DNA from: Parcubacteria group bacterium
Lineage (GTDB): Bacteria; Patescibacteriota; Minisyncoccia; UBA10092
NCBI GenBank assembly: GCA_016186325.1
Contig: JACPLW010000012.1
Coordinates: 18,644 to 82,643, forward strand
Reading direction: 5' to 3'
DNA: 64,000 nucleotides
Shown here: piece after piece, positions 1 through 8,870 of the stretch
How the letters are laid out: every line of letters starts with the position of its first letter
How positions within the stretch are numbered: the stretch's first letter is position 1
Program-made: the position numbers and the translations under genes
Notes under the pieces: model-generated
The model's database searches: none
Told to the model about the DNA's origin: nothing
What the model saw: only the letters and a program-made list of their open reading frames with translations

Positions 1-431
1 TAAATTTACAATACTTGAATCAGAAAGGGGAGAAAGAAAAAGTTACTATGGGATCATACGGAATCGGCTTGGGACGGACTATGGGAACTATAGTGGAAAT
101 TTATAACGATGAACGGGGTATAATCTGGCCGGAAGCGGTGGCGCCTTTTAAAATTCATCTTATTGAGATAAAAAGTGACGAGCCGGATGTTAAAAAAGAA
201 GCAGAAAAAACTTATAAATTATTAGTTGCCAAAGGCTTTGAGGTGCTATACGATGATCGCGACGATAAGAGTGCCGGCGAAAAATTTACCGACGCCGATT
301 TGATCGGAATACCTTGGAGGCTTGTCGTAAGCCAAAAAACACTCGAGAAGGAATCGATTGAGTTAAAACGCCGTGATCAGCAAGAAGTGAAAATTATAAA
401 AATTTTACAATTAATAAATTATAAATTTTGA
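1..431 (+). CDS. proS: prolyl-tRNA synthetase, C-terminal fragment (5' end upstream of window)
   Basis: 'GSYGIGLGRTMGTIVEIYNDERGIIWPEAVAPF...LIGIPWRLVV' matches class II ProRS C-terminal anticodon-binding domain; reading frame open to window start. Confidence 0.85.
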   Translation, partial: NLQYLNQKGEKEKVTMGSYGIGLGRTMGTIVEIYNDERGIIWPEAVAPFKIHLIEIKSDEPDVKKEAEKTYKLLVAKGFEVLYDDRDDKSAGEKFTDADLIGIPWRLVVSQKTLEKESIELKRRDQQEVKIIKILQLINYKF

Positions 432-440
432 ATTTATTTT

Positions 441-1472
441 ATGTTTGATCGGTTGTTTAAATTTTTTTCCCGCGATGTCGGAATTGACCTTGGCACGGCC
501 AATACTTTAATTTACGTAAGAGGTAGGGGCATAATTATTAACGAACCGTCAATCGTTGCCATTAATAAAAAAACTAATCAAGTTCTAAGCGTCGGGATTG
601 AGGCCAAAAAAATGGTCGGCCGGACGCCATCTCACATTGTCGCGGTAAGACCCTTAATAGAAGGAGTAATTTCTGACTTCGAAGTCACCGAACAAATGCT
701 CCGTTATTTTTTCAATAAAGTCCATAAAGATTCTTATAGTTTTTTGGTACGGCCGAGAATTGTTATCGGCATTCCTTCCGGCGTAACAGAAGTTGAACGC
801 CGGGCAGTGGAAGATGCCGCTCGCAATGCCGGCGCGAGAGAGGTTTATCTTGTCGAAGAGCCAATGGCGGCGGCTATCGGAGCCCGCCTCCCGATTTCTG
901 AAGCCGTGGGTAATATGATTGTGGATATTGGCGGCGGCACTACCGATATTGCCGTAATTTCTTTGGGAGGCATTGTTGCTTCGCGTAATTTAAGGATTGC
1001 CGGTGATAGAATGAATGAAGATATTGTTCAATATGTCCGCGATAAATTCCAACTTCTTTTAGGAGAAAAAAGCGCTGAAGAAATAAAAATTTTAATAGGT
1101 TCCGTTATCCCCTTGAAAGAACAGCTAACCGCTGTGGTCAGAGGTCGCGATCTTATAAGCGGCCTACCGAAAGAAATAGTAATTAACGACTCAGAGGTTA
1201 GAGAAGCCTTATTGTCATCTACCAATGCTATTATTTCAGAAATCCGCGATGTTGTTGAAGAAACCCCGCCGGAACTTGTAGCGGATTTAATGACAAGAGG
1301 CATAATTTTAGCCGGGGGCGGCACCTTGCTTCGGGGCTTGTCGGAACTTGTTTGCCAAACAGTAGGCATACCAACGAGACTTTCGGAAGATCCTCTTACT
1401 GCCGTTGTTCGCGGCTGCGGTATAATTCTTGAAGACGTGAACTCCTTAAAAGAAATTTTAGTGAACAGCTAA
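441..1472 (+). CDS. mreB: rod shape-determining actin homolog MreB
   Basis: 343 aa; 'GIDLGTANTLIYV', 'DIGGGTTDIAVISLGG', 'ILAGGGTLLRGL' actin/MreB motifs. Confidence 0.95.
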   Translation: MFDRLFKFFSRDVGIDLGTANTLIYVRGRGIIINEPSIVAINKKTNQVLSVGIEAKKMVGRTPSHIVAVRPLIEGVISDFEVTEQMLRYFFNKVHKDSYSFLVRPRIVIGIPSGVTEVERRAVEDAARNAGAREVYLVEEPMAAAIGARLPISEAVGNMIVDIGGGTTDIAVISLGGIVASRNLRIAGDRMNEDIVQYVRDKFQLLLGEKSAEEIKILIGSVIPLKEQLTAVVRGRDLISGLPKEIVINDSEVREALLSSTNAIISEIRDVVEETPPELVADLMTRGIILAGGGTLLRGLSELVCQTVGIPTRLSEDPLTAVVRGCGIILEDVNSLKEILVNS

Positions 1473-1477
1473 TAAAA

Positions 1478-2275
1478 ATGGCGAGAGAGATTTTTACATT
1501 ATTTTTAATTCTTTTTTTTATAAGCCTGGTAATTATTTTTGCCGGTCAAACCCCGGCAGTTTTATTTTTAAAACAAATTTTTAGCGAAACACTGCGCCCA
1601 CTTGAAGTAATTTTGAGTGGTTTTAAAAATACTTTGTCTTTTTGGCAAACCGCAGTACTAAACATAAAACAACTTAAAGAATCAAACACCTCTTTAACCA
1701 ACGAAAATATTGAACTTTACGGTAAATTGGCAACGCTAAAAGAACTTGAGGAAGAAAATATTTTTTTAAGAGCGGGGCTTGACATTTCTAAAAAATTCAC
1801 CGAAATACGTCCGGCAGCCGTAATTGGACGAGATTTTGAAAATAATCGTTCATTCTTAATAAATAAGGGAAGCGATGACGGCATAGAGATTGGAATGATT
1901 GTTATCGGAATTGGAAAAACCGCCATAGGCAAAATAATTTACAGGAGCCGCAATACCGCCAAAGTCCAGACAATTTTAGATACTCAAAGCCAAATCGGCG
2001 CCGTAACTCTTAATACTAAAATTTTCGGCCTGGTTAGAGGCCTCGGTTCGGATATTGTTCTCGACTTAATCGCCAAAGATAAAAAGCCGGAAATGGACGA
2101 ATTGGTTATATCTTCGGGTACTGACGGCGTTTGGCCGCGAGGGCTTGTACTAGGAAAGGTAAAAAAAATAAAATCCGCAGATAATCAAATATTCAACTCT
2201 GCCGATTTGAAATTACCGATTGATTTCCAAAACTTTAACGATGTTTTCATCATAGTTAACGGGGAAAACCAATAA
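1478..2275 (+). CDS. mreC: rod shape-determining protein MreC
   Basis: 265 aa; N-terminal TM then coiled-coil then beta domain, immediately 3' of mreB. Confidence 0.8.
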   Translation: MAREIFTLFLILFFISLVIIFAGQTPAVLFLKQIFSETLRPLEVILSGFKNTLSFWQTAVLNIKQLKESNTSLTNENIELYGKLATLKELEEENIFLRAGLDISKKFTEIRPAAVIGRDFENNRSFLINKGSDDGIEIGMIVIGIGKTAIGKIIYRSRNTAKVQTILDTQSQIGAVTLNTKIFGLVRGLGSDIVLDLIAKDKKPEMDELVISSGTDGVWPRGLVLGKVKKIKSADNQIFNSADLKLPIDFQNFNDVFIIVNGENQ

Positions 2276-2802
2276 TGATTCCTTCAAAAAATAATTCCAA
2301 AAGTTTAAGGTCATTACTTTTGATTATATTGGCCTTATTGTTTTTAACGGCATTGCAAATTGCTTTTTTCAATCCGTCATCCTTTGGTTTAAATATTTTT
2401 TTAATTTTAATATTGGTTTTAGTTCTTATTAAACATAATAAAAGCGCGCTTTTCATCGGTTGGATATCGGGCCTTTTAATCGATACCGCGCGCTTTTCAA
2501 ATTTTGGAGAAAGCAGTTTGGTTTTTTTGATAACTATCCTCGCTCTTATTATAATTTTTAGAACGGTTTTTTTTATTTTAAAAACAGAAAATATTATTTT
2601 TATGGCATTTTTAACTGTTTTTTTATACCGCTTGATAGACTGGATTGTTTTAAACAGTTTTGCTTTATTAAAGCTCGGCGGTTTTGAAAATTTTAGTTAC
2701 TATTTTGTTCGCTGGAATTTTCCGATTGAAATTATTACAACAATTACTCTGACATTACTTATTTTTAAATCTTTTAATTTTGAAAATGGGAAAAAAATCT
2801 AA
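2275..2802 (+). CDS. mreD: rod shape-determining protein MreD (polytopic membrane)
   Basis: 175 aa all-hydrophobic ORF overlapping mreC stop, between mreC and pbp2. Confidence 0.6.
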   Translation: MIPSKNNSKSLRSLLLIILALLFLTALQIAFFNPSSFGLNIFLILILVLVLIKHNKSALFIGWISGLLIDTARFSNFGESSLVFLITILALIIIFRTVFFILKTENIIFMAFLTVFLYRLIDWIVLNSFALLKLGGFENFSYYFVRWNFPIEIITTITLTLLIFKSFNFENGKKI

Positions 2803-4693
2803 AATTTCTATCGCTCAAATTGAACCGGAAGAAATTCTCCTGGACAAAGAGTCGGTATCAAAGTTAGAAACGCCTTTAGAAAAAACCCGTGGAGCTATAA
2901 TTTTTTTTGTCGCTTTCATTATTCTGTCATCGTTTTTAAGCAGGGCTTTTTGGTTGCAAATTTGGCAAGGCGATTATTATGCGAGTCGCGCAATTAGAAA
3001 CAATGTCCGTCTTTATCCCATTCAGGCGCCGCGCGGCCTTATTTACGATAGGAATAATAAACTGCTTTTGGATAACGCGGCTAATTTTAACCTGCTTCTT
3101 GTTCCAGCTGACATTCCAAAAAAAGACGAAGCCTTGAAAAATTGGGTAAAAAAACTTTCCGAAATTTCAAATAAACGTGAGGATGAAATTTTCGATTTTC
3201 TCAAAACAGTAAACGTCGGGTCAACGGAGCCGGTTTCATTTTCTTCAAATTTAAATAAAGATGAACTGATCGCAATAGAAACGAAATTGAGAGACGCTCC
3301 CGGTATTTTTATCAGACGAGAAACAAAGCGCGACTATTTTGAAAATTACTATTTTTCTCATTTACTGGGATTCTTGGGAAAAGTTTCTGGCGCCGACCTT
3401 AAGTCCGATTCTTTTTACACGCCGCTAAATTTTATCGGTAAAACCGGACTTGAACTGCAATATGAAAACGATTTAAGAGGAAAGCCCGGTAAAACTGCCG
3501 TCATTGTGGATTCCGATAACACGGTCTTAAATATCTTAACCGCCGAAGAACCGATGCCGGGCAATAATTTAATTTTAAGCATAGATAAGGACCTTCAAAA
3601 ACTTTTAACCGACGCTTTGACGGAAAAAATGGCGGATACGATTTCGCCAGCCGCTGCCGCCGTTATAATAAATCCGAAATCCGGAGAAATTTTATCGCTT
3701 GTCAGCCTGCCTTCGTTTGACAGCAATCTTTTCAATAGCGGTCTAAGCGATAAAACATATGGCGCTTTGGCAAGCGATAAAAAGCAGCCGTTTTTTAATC
3801 GCGCTATCGGCGGTACCTACGCTTCCGGTTCAACGATAAAACCGTTTATGGCCGCCGCGGCTTTAAACGAAAATATTGTTTCTCCAGAATATAAAATTGA
3901 CGACACCTTAGGCTACATAACTATTCCCAACCAATATGACCCCGATATATCTTATATCTTTCGTGACTGGAAAGCGCACGGATTTGTTGATATGCGCCGC
4001 GCCATTGCCGTATCGGCCAATGTTTATTTTTATGTAATCGGCGGCGGTTATAAAAATATAAAAGGACTGGGAATTGACAGGATTGATAAATATTTTAAGC
4101 TTTTTGGATTTGGATCGTCTCTTGGCATTGATCTGCCGGGTGAAACTAATGGGCTAGTGCCAAATCCTGCTTGGAAAAAATCCTCAAAAAATGAAAGCTG
4201 GTTTACCGGCGATACTTACAATGTTTCCATCGGACAAGGCGATGTTTTAATAACACCTCTTCAGCTTGCTGCGGCGATTTCGGTAATTGCAAATAACGGA
4301 ACGCTTTACAAGCCAAAAATTGTTTCAAAAATAACCGATAATAATGGAAATACTATAGGAAAATTTGAGCCGGAAATAATAAGAAACGTTAATATCGATA
4401 AGGAGAAGCTTCAAATCGTAAGAGAGGGAATGAGAGGAGCCGTAACAGAAGGTTCGGCATATCTTTTAAACGATCTGTTAATTGAGGTGGCGGGAAAAAC
4501 CGGTACCGCCCAAGTAACCAATACGTTTAGAAAAACCAACGCTTGGTTTACCGGTTTTGCTCCTTATGACAACCCGGAAATTGCTCTGGCTATAGTTATT
4601 GAAGGCGCCGGCGAAGGCTCGTCGGCAGCCGTTCCGGTTGCTAAGAGAGTTTTTGAGTGGTATTACAACCAGAATTATGATAAACTAAAATGA
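2780..4693 (+). CDS. mrdA: penicillin-binding protein 2 (peptidoglycan D,D-transpeptidase)
   Basis: 637 aa; N-terminal TM, dimerisation domain, transpeptidase motifs 'ASGSTIKPF' (SxxK), 'SAN', 'KTGTAQ'. Confidence 0.9.
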   Translation: MKMGKKSKISIAQIEPEEILLDKESVSKLETPLEKTRGAIIFFVAFIILSSFLSRAFWLQIWQGDYYASRAIRNNVRLYPIQAPRGLIYDRNNKLLLDNAANFNLLLVPADIPKKDEALKNWVKKLSEISNKREDEIFDFLKTVNVGSTEPVSFSSNLNKDELIAIETKLRDAPGIFIRRETKRDYFENYYFSHLLGFLGKVSGADLKSDSFYTPLNFIGKTGLELQYENDLRGKPGKTAVIVDSDNTVLNILTAEEPMPGNNLILSIDKDLQKLLTDALTEKMADTISPAAAAVIINPKSGEILSLVSLPSFDSNLFNSGLSDKTYGALASDKKQPFFNRAIGGTYASGSTIKPFMAAAALNENIVSPEYKIDDTLGYITIPNQYDPDISYIFRDWKAHGFVDMRRAIAVSANVYFYVIGGGYKNIKGLGIDRIDKYFKLFGFGSSLGIDLPGETNGLVPNPAWKKSSKNESWFTGDTYNVSIGQGDVLITPLQLAAAISVIANNGTLYKPKIVSKITDNNGNTIGKFEPEIIRNVNIDKEKLQIVREGMRGAVTEGSAYLLNDLLIEVAGKTGTAQVTNTFRKTNAWFTGFAPYDNPEIALAIVIEGAGEGSSAAVPVAKRVFEWYYNQNYDKLK

Positions 4694-4712
4694 CGAATAT
4701 GTGGGCTGTCCC

Positions 4713-4750
4713 GCAGTTGCCTGCCTACCGCAGGCAGGCGGGATGCTCAT
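4713..4750 (+). terminator. GC-rich nested hairpin downstream of pbp2 (GTCCCGC..GCCTGCCtaccgcaGGCAGGC..GCGGGAT), weak T tract
   Basis: Inverted repeats read directly from sequence; shares the CCTGCC..GGCAGG and CCCGCAGTTG motifs repeated elsewhere in the window. Confidence 0.4.
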
Positions 4751-4797
4751 AAATTTAGCTAAAATTTATTCACTTCGTTCTAAATTATTAGAAATTT

Positions 4798-5265
4798 ATG
4801 GCAAATCAAACTTACTTAAGCCTTGAAGGCATTGAGACGCTTAAAAAAGAGCTTCAAGAACTAAAAACAAAAAAACGGCAAGAAATTGCCAAGCGCCTTC
4901 AGGAAGCTAAAGACTTGGGCGATCTTTCTGAAAACGCGGAATATTTTGAGGCCAAGGAAGCACAATCGTTAAATGAGTCGCGAATTGGAGAACTGGAAGA
5001 ACTTTTAAAAAACGCGGTTATTATTGAAGAACCCAGTGAAGAGAACACTGTTAATATTGGCTCAACAATTGAGGTAAAATCTACTACCAACGGCATAGAA
5101 CGTTTTAGTATTGTCGGTTCTGCCGAAGCCAGGCCACAAGAAGGAAAAATTTCAAATGAATCGCCGTTGGGACGCTCTTTTTTAAATCGGAAAATAGGTG
5201 AGGAAGTAGAAGTTAAAAGCCCCGGCGGAACTACGAAATATAAAATAATTAAAATTGAGAAATAA
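4798..5265 (+). CDS. greA: transcription elongation factor GreA
   Basis: 155 aa; N-terminal coiled coil 'LTLEGIETLKKELQELKTKKRQEIAKRLQEAKDLGDLSENAEY' and FKBP-like C-terminus typical of GreA. Confidence 0.9.
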   Translation: MANQTYLSLEGIETLKKELQELKTKKRQEIAKRLQEAKDLGDLSENAEYFEAKEAQSLNESRIGELEELLKNAVIIEEPSEENTVNIGSTIEVKSTTNGIERFSIVGSAEARPQEGKISNESPLGRSFLNRKIGEEVEVKSPGGTTKYKIIKIEK

Positions 5266-5270
5266 TCAGC

Positions 5271-6632
5271 ATGCCGACATTAGAAGAGCTTCGACAAACA
5301 AGAATCCAAAAGCTTGAAAACATCAGAGATGAAAAGAAAAATCCATATCCGTCACAGATTAAGCGCGATTATCGAATCAAGGAAGTTATTAATAAATTCT
5401 GGATTTGGCGTCTAACCAAAAAAGAATTTTATTTAACGGGAAGGATAAAAACTCAGCGTATTCACGGTCGGGTGGCATTTTTCGACCTTGAAGACGGTAG
5501 CGGGAAAATCCAAGGCCTTTTAAGCCCTGCCGACCTGGCCGATAAAAAATCTTACGATGAGTTTATTAGTGATTATGATATTGGCGATTTTGTTGAAATT
5601 AAAGGATCTCTTTTTAAAACTAAAAAATGTGAAAAAACAATCCGGATAAAAGAAATAAGAATGATCGCCAAGTCCCTACGGCCTTTGCCTGAAAAATGGC
5701 ATGGTCTGAAAGATACCGAGGAGCGCTACCGAAAAAGATATCTGGACCTCTTGATGAGTAGTGAGATAAGAGAAAAATTTTTAAAACGCTCTGAAATTAT
5801 CAGAGAAATTAGGAATTTTTTGGGTGAACGAGATTTTAATGAATTTGAAACCCCTATGCTCCAAATAATTCCCGGAGGCGCCTCGGCCAGGCCTTTTAAA
5901 ACACATTTAAACGCGCTTGATATGGACCTATATTTACGAATAGCGCCGGAACTTTATTTAAAACGGCTTTTAGTCGGAGGTTTTGAAAAAGTTTATGAAA
6001 TAGGCCGTAATTTCCGAAACGAAGGAATGGATGCCGCCCACAATCCCGAATTCACAATGCTTGAGACCTATATCGCCTACAAAGATTCTCGCTATTTAGA
6101 GTATTTTATTCAGGAATTATTTGAATACCTGATTAAAAAATTAAATAACGGCAATTTGGTCATAGAATATGAAAACAATCGTATTGATTTCAGTAAACCT
6201 TGGCACCAAAAAAATTACGATAAACTGATAAAAGAATACGGCGATTTTGACATCGCCAAGAAAAATCTTATCCAGCCAACTTTTGTTGTTGGCTTTCCGG
6301 CCGAACTTTTACCGCTTTCCAAAACAACGGAAAAAGATAGCTCCAAGGCCGACGCTTTTCAAGTTTTTATCGGAGGTTTAGAGTTGGTTAAGGGATACAG
6401 CGAGCTAAATGATCCTATAAAACAACAAAAAAGATTTGAAGAACAAGAAAACCTAAGATTAAATAACGAAGAAGCCCAACGACTTGATGAAGATTTTTTA
6501 GAATCTCTAGAATACGGAATGCCGCCGGCCGCTGGATTTGGAATGGGTATTGACAGATTGGCGATGCTACTCACAAATTCCCACACCGCGAGAGAAATCA
6601 TATTATTTCCAACAATGAAACCTAAGGAATAA
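5271..6632 (+). CDS. lysS: lysyl-tRNA synthetase (class II)
   Basis: 453 aa; OB-fold N-domain, motif 2 'FRNEGMDAAHNPEFTMLE', motif 3 'GMGIDRLAMLL'. Confidence 0.95.
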   Translation: MPTLEELRQTRIQKLENIRDEKKNPYPSQIKRDYRIKEVINKFWIWRLTKKEFYLTGRIKTQRIHGRVAFFDLEDGSGKIQGLLSPADLADKKSYDEFISDYDIGDFVEIKGSLFKTKKCEKTIRIKEIRMIAKSLRPLPEKWHGLKDTEERYRKRYLDLLMSSEIREKFLKRSEIIREIRNFLGERDFNEFETPMLQIIPGGASARPFKTHLNALDMDLYLRIAPELYLKRLLVGGFEKVYEIGRNFRNEGMDAAHNPEFTMLETYIAYKDSRYLEYFIQELFEYLIKKLNNGNLVIEYENNRIDFSKPWHQKNYDKLIKEYGDFDIAKKNLIQPTFVVGFPAELLPLSKTTEKDSSKADAFQVFIGGLELVKGYSELNDPIKQQKRFEEQENLRLNNEEAQRLDEDFLESLEYGMPPAAGFGMGIDRLAMLLTNSHTAREIILFPTMKPKE

Positions 6633-6637
6633 AATTT

Positions 6638-7852
6638 ATGCTTGATATAAAATACATAAAAGAAAATAAAAAGGAAACTATAAAAGGCATAAAAGCCAAA
6701 GGTTTTGATGCCGATATTGATTTGCTTTTGGAACTTAATGAAGAAAGGGGGATTTTTAGGAAAAAAATGGAAGAATTAAACACAGAGCGCAAAAAAGCCG
6801 CGGAAGTCAAAGGTATTGAACAAGGAAAACAAATTAAAATTTCGCTCGCGAAAATTGAGAGTGAAGAGAAAATTATTGATAAAAAAATTAATGACATTTT
6901 GAAAAAATTGCCTAATTTACCGTTGTCAGAAGTTCCGGTCGGTAAAGATGAAAGCGATAATATAGTTTTAAGAGAAATATGGGAAAAGACGGAATTTAAT
7001 TTTCCGGTCAAAGATTATATGGCTCTTAACGAAAAACTTGGTTGGATAGACACGGAACGGGCCGGTAAGGCCATCGGCAGTCGATTCGGGTATCTTTTGC
7101 GTGATGCCGTAGATTTAGAATTCGCCCTTATACGTTTTGCTTTTGACGTTTTAAAAAAAGAAAACTTTATTCCAATAGTGCCGCCGGTATTTCTAAAGCC
7201 GGAAGCAATGCGGGGGATGGGATATCTGGATTATAACGAAGACGAAGTTTATCACCTTGAAAAAGACGGTTTGTATTTAATAGGCACCTCGGAGCAAGCC
7301 ATCGGCGCGATGCATATGAATGAAATTTTTAGCGAAAAAGAATTACCTCTACGCTATGCCGGATTTTCTTCCTGTTTTAGGCGTGAAGCCGGTTCGTATG
7401 GCAAAGATACTAAGGGAATTTTGCGCGTCCATCAGTTTGATAAGATTGAAATGTTTAGTTTCACAAAACCGGAAGATTCGCGAAAAGAACACGAATTTCT
7501 TCTTTCAATGGAAGAGAAATTAATGCAGGCGCTCCAAATTCCTTATCGCGTGCTTCAGATTTGCACAGGCGATTTAGGTGTTCAGGCGGCTAATAAATAT
7601 GATATAGAAGCATGGCTTCCGGGCCAAAATCAGTATCGCGAAACTCATTCGACTTCAAATGACACAGATTTCCAATCGCGCCGTCTGGGAATAAAATATA
7701 AAAATTACGAAACGGGAAAGAATGAATTTGTCCACACTCTTAATGGCACGGCTTTTGCCATCGGCCGAATGATTATCGCCATAATGGAAAATTATCAGCA
7801 AGAAGACGGCAGTATAAAGATCCCGACGGTTCTGGAAGGATATATCAAATAA
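6638..7852 (+). CDS. serS: seryl-tRNA synthetase
   Basis: 404 aa; N-terminal coiled-coil arm, 'FRREAGSYGKDTKGILRVHQFDKIEMF', 'TLNGTAFAIGRMIIAIMENYQ'. Confidence 0.95.
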   Translation: MLDIKYIKENKKETIKGIKAKGFDADIDLLLELNEERGIFRKKMEELNTERKKAAEVKGIEQGKQIKISLAKIESEEKIIDKKINDILKKLPNLPLSEVPVGKDESDNIVLREIWEKTEFNFPVKDYMALNEKLGWIDTERAGKAIGSRFGYLLRDAVDLEFALIRFAFDVLKKENFIPIVPPVFLKPEAMRGMGYLDYNEDEVYHLEKDGLYLIGTSEQAIGAMHMNEIFSEKELPLRYAGFSSCFRREAGSYGKDTKGILRVHQFDKIEMFSFTKPEDSRKEHEFLLSMEEKLMQALQIPYRVLQICTGDLGVQAANKYDIEAWLPGQNQYRETHSTSNDTDFQSRRLGIKYKNYETGKNEFVHTLNGTAFAIGRMIIAIMENYQQEDGSIKIPTVLEGYIK

Positions 7853-7877
7853 ACTTCTCCATTAAAAGTACAAGCAC

Positions 7878-8669
7878 ATGCCTTCAAGCCGATACTACCG
7901 TTTCAAAACAGCAGACGAACAAGAAAAGAAAGAGAAATCTAAAACAAGGCTTTTTTGGAGCGCTTTTACGATTGCGTTACTTACAATAATCTGGTCGTTC
8001 TTCATGTCGCCATTTTTAAAAATTACCGAAATCCATATTCCCGAAAACGATGTTGTGACAAAAGAAGACATTAACAGATTAATAGCCGATAGTTTGCCGC
8101 TTAAAATCGGAATAAATATTTTACTTCTTCCGGGCGGCCGCCTTAAGGCGGATATGGCCGCTGCTTTTCCCACCATCACTAACTTAAAGATTAACAAAAA
8201 ATTATTCCACACTGTTGTAATCGGGTTCGAAAAAAGAGTGCAAATCGGATTCTGGTGTAATGAATTAAATTGCTATTCTTTTGATAAAGACGGAATTATT
8301 TTTAAAGAAGCGCCGATAAGCGAGGGATCGCTAATACTTAAAATAAAAGACTTCGAAAAAAAATCTGTTTCGATAGGCGATAAAATTTTGGATGATAGCA
8401 GTTTGAAATTCATTCTTTCTTTCAACGATACGGTGGAAAAATCCGGTCTTTTTAAAATTGGTGAATTTAAAATCAAACCGGCTTCCAATATTGATTTAGA
8501 AGCCGTAGTTGATGGCAATTGGTCTATTTATCTAGACTCGGCGCAAAGTCCGGAAATAGAGGCGTCAAACCTCTTCACGGTTGTAAACGAAGCGCTGAAA
8601 AATAAGTTAAATAGTTTATCCTACATTGACCTAAGAGTTCCCAGCCGGATTTTTTACAAATTAAAATAG
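7878..8669 (+). CDS. ftsQ: cell division protein FtsQ/DivIB-like (POTRA domain)
   Basis: 263 aa; basic N-terminus, single TM, then POTRA-like 'ITEIHIPENDVVTKEDINRLI...IGFEKRVQIGFWCNELNCYSFDKDGIIF'. Confidence 0.55.
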   Translation: MPSSRYYRFKTADEQEKKEKSKTRLFWSAFTIALLTIIWSFFMSPFLKITEIHIPENDVVTKEDINRLIADSLPLKIGINILLLPGGRLKADMAAAFPTITNLKINKKLFHTVVIGFEKRVQIGFWCNELNCYSFDKDGIIFKEAPISEGSLILKIKDFEKKSVSIGDKILDDSSLKFILSFNDTVEKSGLFKIGEFKIKPASNIDLEAVVDGNWSIYLDSAQSPEIEASNLFTVVNEALKNKLNSLSYIDLRVPSRIFYKLK

Positions 8670-8672
8670 CAT

Positions 8673-8700
8673 TTGACAAATCCTGTGGGTTTGATATAAT
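8673..8700 (+). promoter_or_regulatory. consensus sigma70-type promoter TTGACA-N16-TATAAT
   Basis: TTGACA 8673-8678, TATAAT 8695-8700, read directly; no downstream protein gene on this strand. Confidence 0.7.
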
Positions 8701-8706
8701 GAATAA

Positions 8707-8863
8707 TACCGGTTCGGGATGGTCTCGGCCGGATAGAAAAACCTCAGACTCAGAGGAGATCGCTATGAGGGCTCCGCCTTCGTTCGCGTTCGACGCGTCC
8801 CTTTCGTAACACACGTCGGCGCCGTCGGCTACACCCCGTCCCGCAACTGCGGGACGGGGCACT
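8707..8863 (+). ncRNA. candidate small RNA (unknown family), GC-rich, with embedded SD plus 14-codon sORF
   Basis: Bounded by consensus promoter and intrinsic terminator; ~55% GC in ~35% GC genome; GAGGAG then ATG (MRAPPSFAFDASLS*). Confidence 0.4.
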
Positions 8864-8870
8864 TTTTTTA
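8834..8870 (+). terminator. intrinsic terminator (CCCCGTCCCGC aact GCGGGACGGGG + T7)
   Basis: 11-bp perfect stem followed by TTTTTTT read directly. Confidence 0.8.
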
